This document shows, piece after piece, positions 59,258 to 64,000 of a stretch of DNA of 64,000 bases. The translations under genes were made by a program, and so were the position numbers. The notes under the pieces are model-generated. The model was not told where the DNA came from. It ran no database searches and saw only the letters and a program-made list of their open reading frames with translations. The DNA comes from Clostridia bacterium (GTDB lineage Bacteria; Bacillota; Clostridia; Christensenellales; CAG-138): contig QKAN01000190.1 in assembly GCA_003246365.1 (NCBI GenBank), positions 35,253 to 99,252 of the forward strand. The letters are read 5' to 3'. Every line of letters starts with the position of its first letter. The stretch's first letter is position 1.

Positions 59258-61693
59258 ATGAAGAGACGCATTGCCCTGCTTGCCTGCGCGCTGGCGGTTC
59301 TCATGATCGCCCCCGCTGCGGCGCGCGCGGAAGACACGGAACAAACGACAACCGGCGGCGTTTCGCTGCTATTCGAACTGCCCGAAGAAAGCGCGGATTA
59401 CGTGTATCGCCTGACGGACGATACTGTTTCCTCGCGCATTTCGTTTCGAGCGGAGGAGTCTTTGACCGTGCTGCCGGATGCGCCGGTGCAGGCAATTCGG
59501 CTGGACTGGTATGATGTGCCGGAAACGTATATGGTGTCGCAGATCAATGCGGGTGGCGAAGTCATGTCCGAGGAAGTCATTACGGACGGACAGTATGCGC
59601 GCCTCGTACCGATTGATGAAACTTGCAGCAAGATTGTTATCACGATGCAGACCGCGGGAGCGCTCGGCGGAATTTCCGCCTTTGCCGCAGAGGAACCATT
59701 GCCGGAAAACGCGATTTGTTGGCAGTCCACGCCGGAACAGGCGGATCTGCTGGTCGTGACTGCCGAACCGGGGATGGAATGGTTGCAATTCGGCGCTGTG
59801 CTTCCGATTTATGCGAAAGAAAACGGTACAAAAGTTGCCGTGCTGTATGTTTCGGACTATGGCAAGCGCGCCCGCGCTTATGAGGCGCTGGATGGGCTCA
59901 ACGATGCGGGCTACACCGTGTACCCGATATTCGGCGGCTTTACCTGCGATAACTACGATTCCTATAAAATGGCGGTTTCCGGATTTGACAAAAAGACGCT
60001 GACGGAATATCTGGAGGGTGAGTTTGCCGCGCTGAACCCGAAGGTGATCGTGACGCATTCCGCGCTGGATACGTCCGGCGCACATAGCTTCGTTGCGGAG
60101 TGTGTGCTCAGCGCTGCGGGTAACAGCGCGAGCGTTGAAAAAGTTTATACGACGGGAGAAACAGAGGGCACAACCGCCACCGTGCTGGATATGAACGCGC
60201 CGCTGAACGCATACGGCGGAAAGACCGCCGCGGAAGTTGCGACAAATGCCTATGCGATGCATGCGTCCAGACGGCTGTTCAACAGCGTGATTGACGCAAG
60301 CGGTGCGTTTACGCTCGCGTATACAACGGTCGGCGAAGATACCGCAAACAACGATCTGTTCGAGCATATCGATACATCTGCGCTGTTAGCCTACGCGCCC
60401 GTTACGCCTTCTCCCGCGCCTACGCTGGAGCCAACTGCAACGCCGGAGGCAACTTCGACTGTTGCAGCTCCTGAAACGACGGAGAACGGTGATTCAGAGG
60501 GTTTTTCTCTTTTGTTTTCACCTGCGCTGCTTTGCGTTGCAGCGGGACTTCTTCTTACGGCGGCGCTCTTTGTGTTTGCATATCGTCCGATCAGCGCGAA
60601 ACGCGGTAAAGGTGACGCGGTTTGTTTCTGCTTGATTCCGCTTGCGCTGGGCTTGGCAGCCAGCGCGATTCTCTCAGCGATGCAGGCAGAACCGAAAGCG
60701 CCTGCGGAACCGTCCGCAAGCATTATGCCTGCCGAACCCGCGATCGTAGAAGCGGCATCGGAACCGTCCCCAGAACCAGCAGCTGAGCCGACACCGACGC
60801 TCGATCCCGTTGCGCTGTTTGAGGAAAACTATTACCGCAAAGAGGGTGACCCTGCCGAGGTGATCGTTACCGACAGCGAACACGGACACTGGGCATACCG
60901 TTCGGATGACCTCGGTATCGACATTGAACGCGTCAGTACGACAAACAGCGAAGGAGACCCGGTTACGTATTTTGTGGCGGATATCCACATGAAGGACATC
61001 AGCCAGTTCCGCCCCGGATTCGGCGCGGAGGCGCACACCGGAAGAGGTGCAATTTATCCCTGGATCATCGCGCGCCGCGAAAGCGCCGTACTTTGGATTA
61101 CGGGTGACAACCTGATTAACGATGAGCGCGACGAAAAAGGCATATTAATTCGCGACGGTCGCTTTTTCTACTCCGCAAATGTGGAAGATACGATTGCGAT
61201 CTATCCCGACATGAGCATGCGCATCATCAAAAAGCGGTTGTCAACGGCAACGATACTGCTCGAGGACGGCGTAGAAAACGCCTATTCCTTCGGCCCGACG
61301 CTAATTGAAAACGGCGTAATCAACGAAAATGCAAAATATCACCGCGTGCGCCGTGCAAATCCGCGCTGCGGCATCGGCTACATCGAACCGGGACACTATA
61401 TTGCAATCGTGGTCGACGGACGGCAAAAGGATTACAGCGTCGGCATGCCGATTTGGGATTTTGCCGATCTGTTTGCGGAATATGGCTGCGTCAATGCCTA
61501 TAACCTCGACGGCGGACTTTCCGCGGCGATGATTTTTATGGGCGAACAGCTCAATTCCCATAACGGCAACCGCATCGGCAGCGACGACGATATTTCTTAT
61601 CAGCGCGCGGTGCCTGACGGGTTGATGTTTGGATACAGCGAATTGGTGCCTTCCGTGGACGATCCGATTTATAACAACGGAAACAAACAATAA
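59258..61693 (+). CDS. Degenerate PIG-L domain + 2 TM + phosphodiester glycosidase (NAGPA) fusion
   Basis: N-terminal half paralogous to the preceding gene but AEPGME replaces AHCDDE; C-terminal ADIHM, TGD, FGPTLI, NPRCGIG, VDGR, AYNLDGGLS. Confidence 0.85.
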   Translation: MKRRIALLACALAVLMIAPAAARAEDTEQTTTGGVSLLFELPEESADYVYRLTDDTVSSRISFRAEESLTVLPDAPVQAIRLDWYDVPETYMVSQINAGGEVMSEEVITDGQYARLVPIDETCSKIVITMQTAGALGGISAFAAEEPLPENAICWQSTPEQADLLVVTAEPGMEWLQFGAVLPIYAKENGTKVAVLYVSDYGKRARAYEALDGLNDAGYTVYPIFGGFTCDNYDSYKMAVSGFDKKTLTEYLEGEFAALNPKVIVTHSALDTSGAHSFVAECVLSAAGNSASVEKVYTTGETEGTTATVLDMNAPLNAYGGKTAAEVATNAYAMHASRRLFNSVIDASGAFTLAYTTVGEDTANNDLFEHIDTSALLAYAPVTPSPAPTLEPTATPEATSTVAAPETTENGDSEGFSLLFSPALLCVAAGLLLTAALFVFAYRPISAKRGKGDAVCFCLIPLALGLAASAILSAMQAEPKAPAEPSASIMPAEPAIVEAASEPSPEPAAEPTPTLDPVALFEENYYRKEGDPAEVIVTDSEHGHWAYRSDDLGIDIERVSTTNSEGDPVTYFVADIHMKDISQFRPGFGAEAHTGRGAIYPWIIARRESAVLWITGDNLINDERDEKGILIRDGRFFYSANVEDTIAIYPDMSMRIIKKRLSTATILLEDGVENAYSFGPTLIENGVINENAKYHRVRRANPRCGIGYIEPGHYIAIVVDGRQKDYSVGMPIWDFADLFAEYGCVNAYNLDGGLSAAMIFMGEQLNSHNGNRIGSDDDISYQRAVPDGLMFGYSELVPSVDDPIYNNGNKQ

Positions 61694-61726
61694 TGCAAAC
61701 AAAATGTGATACCGTTATTTTACCGG

Positions 61727-61755
61727 TTGACGCGTTGTATTTGCCGTGCTAAAAT
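61727..61755 (+). promoter_or_regulatory. metK promoter
   Basis: TTGACG, 17 bp spacer, TAAAAT with TG extension. Confidence 0.8.
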
Positions 61756-61784
61756 AACACCCGAACAAAAAAATTGAATACCGC

Positions 61785-61885
61785 CTTATCAAGAGTGGCA
61801 GAGGGACCGGCCCTGTGAAGCCCGGCAACCTGTTTGTGAAGAGCAAATAAGGTGCCAATTCCGGCAGCGAAAGCTGAAAGATGAG
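61785..61885 (+). ncRNA. SAM-I (S-box) riboswitch
   Basis: CTTATCAAGAG...GAGGGACCGGCCCTGTGAAGCCCGGCAACC...GGTGCCAATTCC.GCAG.GAAAGCTGAAAGATGAG. Confidence 0.97.
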
Positions 61886-61906
61886 AGTTGCACCATCGAC
61901 TTTGTG

Positions 61907-61934
61907 AAACCTCATCAGCGGATGAGGTTTTTTT
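61907..61934 (+). terminator. S-box expression-platform terminator
   Basis: AAACCTCATC-AGCG-GATGAGGTTTTTTT; CTCATC can alternatively pair with the aptamer GATGAG. Confidence 0.9.
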
Positions 61935-61965
61935 GTATCCAAACTTCAGGAGGAATCATTTTACC

Positions 61966-63147
61966 ATGACTACCCGACTTTTCACTTCCGAATCGGTAAC
62001 GGAAGGACACCCCGATAAAGTATGCGACTGCATCTCGGATGCGGTTCTGGACGCAATCTTCGCGCAGGATGCGGCGGCCCGCGTCGCCTGCGAATGCGCG
62101 GCGAGCACGAACCTTGTTCTCGTCATGGGTGAAATAACGACAACGGCGCAAGTGGATGTGAAGGACATTGTACGCGACGTCGTCAACTCGATTGGCTACA
62201 ACAAACCCGAATATGGATTCGATGCAACCTCGCTGAATGTGATCACCGCGTTGAATCACCAGTCTCCGGATATTGCGCTTGGCGTTGATCACGCGCTGGA
62301 GCAAAAGAGCGGGGAACAGGAAGCGCTTTTTTCCACAGGAGCGGGCGATCAGGGAATGATGTTCGGCTACGCCTGCGATGAGACACCGGAATATATGCCG
62401 CTGCCGATCTCGTTGGCGCATGCGTTGACGAGAAAGCTCACCGAAGCGCGCAAAAGCGGGGAAATCCCATATCTGCGGCCGGATGGTAAAAGTCAGGTGA
62501 CGGTGGAATACGACGGCAATACACCCGTGCACATCAACACCGTCGTCGTCAGCGCGCAGCACGACGAAGTAGACATGGAGCAGTTACGCACGGATATCGC
62601 GCAAAAGGTGATTTATCCAATTTTACCCGCCGCGCTATGCGATGCGCGCACGCGCATTCTCGTCAACCCGACGGGGCGGTTCGTCATTGGCGGGCCGACA
62701 GGGGATTCCGGCCTGACAGGGCGCAAGATCATCGTTGACACATACGGCGGATATGCGCGGCATGGCGGTGGGGCGTTCAGCGGAAAGGACCCGACAAAGG
62801 TAGACCGCAGCGGCGCGTATATCGCGCGCTATGCGGCAAAGCACGTCGTTGCCGCTGGGTTGGCGAAGCAGTGCGAAATCCAGCTCGCTTACGCAATCGG
62901 TGTGGCGCGTCCGGTTTCCGTGCGTGTGGATACATTCGGCACAGGCGTTGTTGACGATGCAATCATCGAACGTGCCGTGGAAAAAACGTTCGACTTCCGT
63001 CCCGCGGCAATCATCGAAACGCTTGGCTTGCGGCGGCCGATTTACCGCCAAACGGCGGCATACGGGCACTTTGGCAGACACGATCTCGACCTGCCTTGGG
63101 AACGGTTGGATCGCGTCGACGCGCTGAAAAAAGCAATTCAAGAATAA
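61966..63147 (+). CDS. metK: S-adenosylmethionine synthetase
   Basis: [41 protein letters not shown]. Confidence 0.99.
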   Translation: MTTRLFTSESVTEGHPDKVCDCISDAVLDAIFAQDAAARVACECAASTNLVLVMGEITTTAQVDVKDIVRDVVNSIGYNKPEYGFDATSLNVITALNHQSPDIALGVDHALEQKSGEQEALFSTGAGDQGMMFGYACDETPEYMPLPISLAHALTRKLTEARKSGEIPYLRPDGKSQVTVEYDGNTPVHINTVVVSAQHDEVDMEQLRTDIAQKVIYPILPAALCDARTRILVNPTGRFVIGGPTGDSGLTGRKIIVDTYGGYARHGGGAFSGKDPTKVDRSGAYIARYAAKHVVAAGLAKQCEIQLAYAIGVARPVSVRVDTFGTGVVDDAIIERAVEKTFDFRPAAIIETLGLRRPIYRQTAAYGHFGRHDLDLPWERLDRVDALKKAIQE

Positions 63148-63185
63148 AAACGCGATAAAGATTGAAAGAAACAAACAAATAGAAC

Positions 63186-63217
63186 AAAAAAAGAGCTGCT
63201 GTAAAGCAGCTCTTTTT
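63186..63217. terminator. Bidirectional terminator
   Basis: AAAAAGAGCTGCT-GTAA-AGCAGCTCTTTTT. Confidence 0.85.
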
Positions 63218-63224
63218 GTAAATG

Positions 63225-63530
63225 TCAGTGCGTTTCTTCGCTGGGGTCGATCTCCGGCAATTCTTCATTTTGCGCAGCGAGGGCGAGTGCCGCTTCCTGC
63301 TGGCGCAACGCTTTTCTTGCTTTGCGGTCGTCTTCTTTCCATTGGCGGGAAATCAGCATCACCGAGGTGGAGATTGCGCAGACGGCAAGTACCGCAAATA
63401 TCTTTTTCGAAAGTTCGCTTGCCATAAACGCCATGACGGAGTTAAATCCGTCTACGGCGAAGAACACAAGCGTCATGACGGAAAGTATGATGGTTAAATG
63501 CGGCAATGCGCGGGTAATCCAACGTTTCAT
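63225..63530 (-). CDS. Small 2-TM membrane protein
   Basis: RBS AAGGAGG; two hydrophobic helices and a charged tail; directly follows the NAGPA gene. Confidence 0.75.
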   Translation of the reverse strand: MKRWITRALPHLTIILSVMTLVFFAVDGFNSVMAFMASELSKKIFAVLAVCAISTSVMLISRQWKEDDRKARKALRQQEAALALAAQNEELPEIDPSEETH

Positions 63531-63540
63531 GCGCTCCTCC

Positions 63541-64000
63541 TTACTGTCCGCTTGTCGCGTCGACCGGTTCGCAAATATAGAGAATATCGCTCACGTCGCG
63601 CGGGTCATCGTCCTGCGGCTGATTTTCCCATGCGCCGTTATAGGTCATGACCGCGGTGTCGCCGCCGTCGAGGTTGAAGGCGACCGTGCATCCAAGATCA
63701 TAAAACACCTGCGCGAGTTCGCTGTATGTCATGCCCCAGGAATATTCCTTCTGCCGCCCGTCCACGAGGATAAAGCAGTAGTGACCTGGTTCATAGTAGC
63801 CAACGGCGGAAAGCGGGTTTGCTTTGGTGTTTGCAAACGTAGCGGGAATCTGCCCGTCTTCGAGCAGCTCCGGCCCAAAGGTCCAAATTTGATACGGGGT
63901 CTTTGCATAGATTGCTTCGAGCGTATCTTTTGAAATCGGTTCGGGATAGGTTTCCATTGTGCCGTCGTAGTACATGACACAAATGTCTCCGTACACCGGT
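63541..64000 (-). CDS. Phosphodiester glycosidase (NAGPA family), 3' part only
   Basis: FGPELL, NPLSAVGYYEPGHY, VDGRQ, AFNLDGGDT; frame is open to the window end. Confidence 0.85.
   Translation of the reverse strand, partial: PVYGDICVMYYDGTMETYPEPISKDTLEAIYAKTPYQIWTFGPELLEDGQIPATFANTKANPLSAVGYYEPGHYCFILVDGRQKEYSWGMTYSELAQVFYDLGCTVAFNLDGGDTAVMTYNGAWENQPQDDDPRDVSDILYICEPVDATSGQ

Overview
Chromosomal replication-origin region of a Clostridia-class Firmicute (inferred from SigA-type promoters, a Firmicute LexA box, remB and parS sites). oriC lies between dnaA and dnaN and contains DnaA boxes, DnaA-trios and an AT-rich unwinding element. The canonical origin gene order is broken up. dnaA-dnaN runs directly into three parS sites, parA-parB and an archaeal-type aspS. 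mnmG-rsmG (25.7-28.3 kb) and recF-remB-gyrB-gyrA (49.9-55.9 kb) lie on the other side of oriC, and a second DnaA-box cluster sits before uvrA. The gaps are dense in cell-envelope genes: three tandem GT-C glycosyltransferases plus a possible degenerate fourth, three tandem PepSY-like exported paralogs, two signal peptidases, plsY, a plsC-like acyltransferase, a GT4 and uppP. The strongest candidates for undescribed systems are (i) a membrane-anchored lamin-tail/CotH kinase + VTC polyphosphate-polymerase domain + DUF4956 operon and (ii) an MFS transporter + PIG-L deacetylase + pseudo-deacetylase/phosphodiester-glycosidase (NAGPA) operon; two further NAGPA genes lie nearby, one fused to a dockerin. 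Non-coding highlights are a SAM-I riboswitch before metK, a candidate leader-peptide attenuator (no T-box) before aspS, and an orphan terminator/antiterminator leader before a MATE gene. No tRNA, rRNA, CRISPR array or mobile element was seen. All calls come from reading motifs by eye; no database searches were run.
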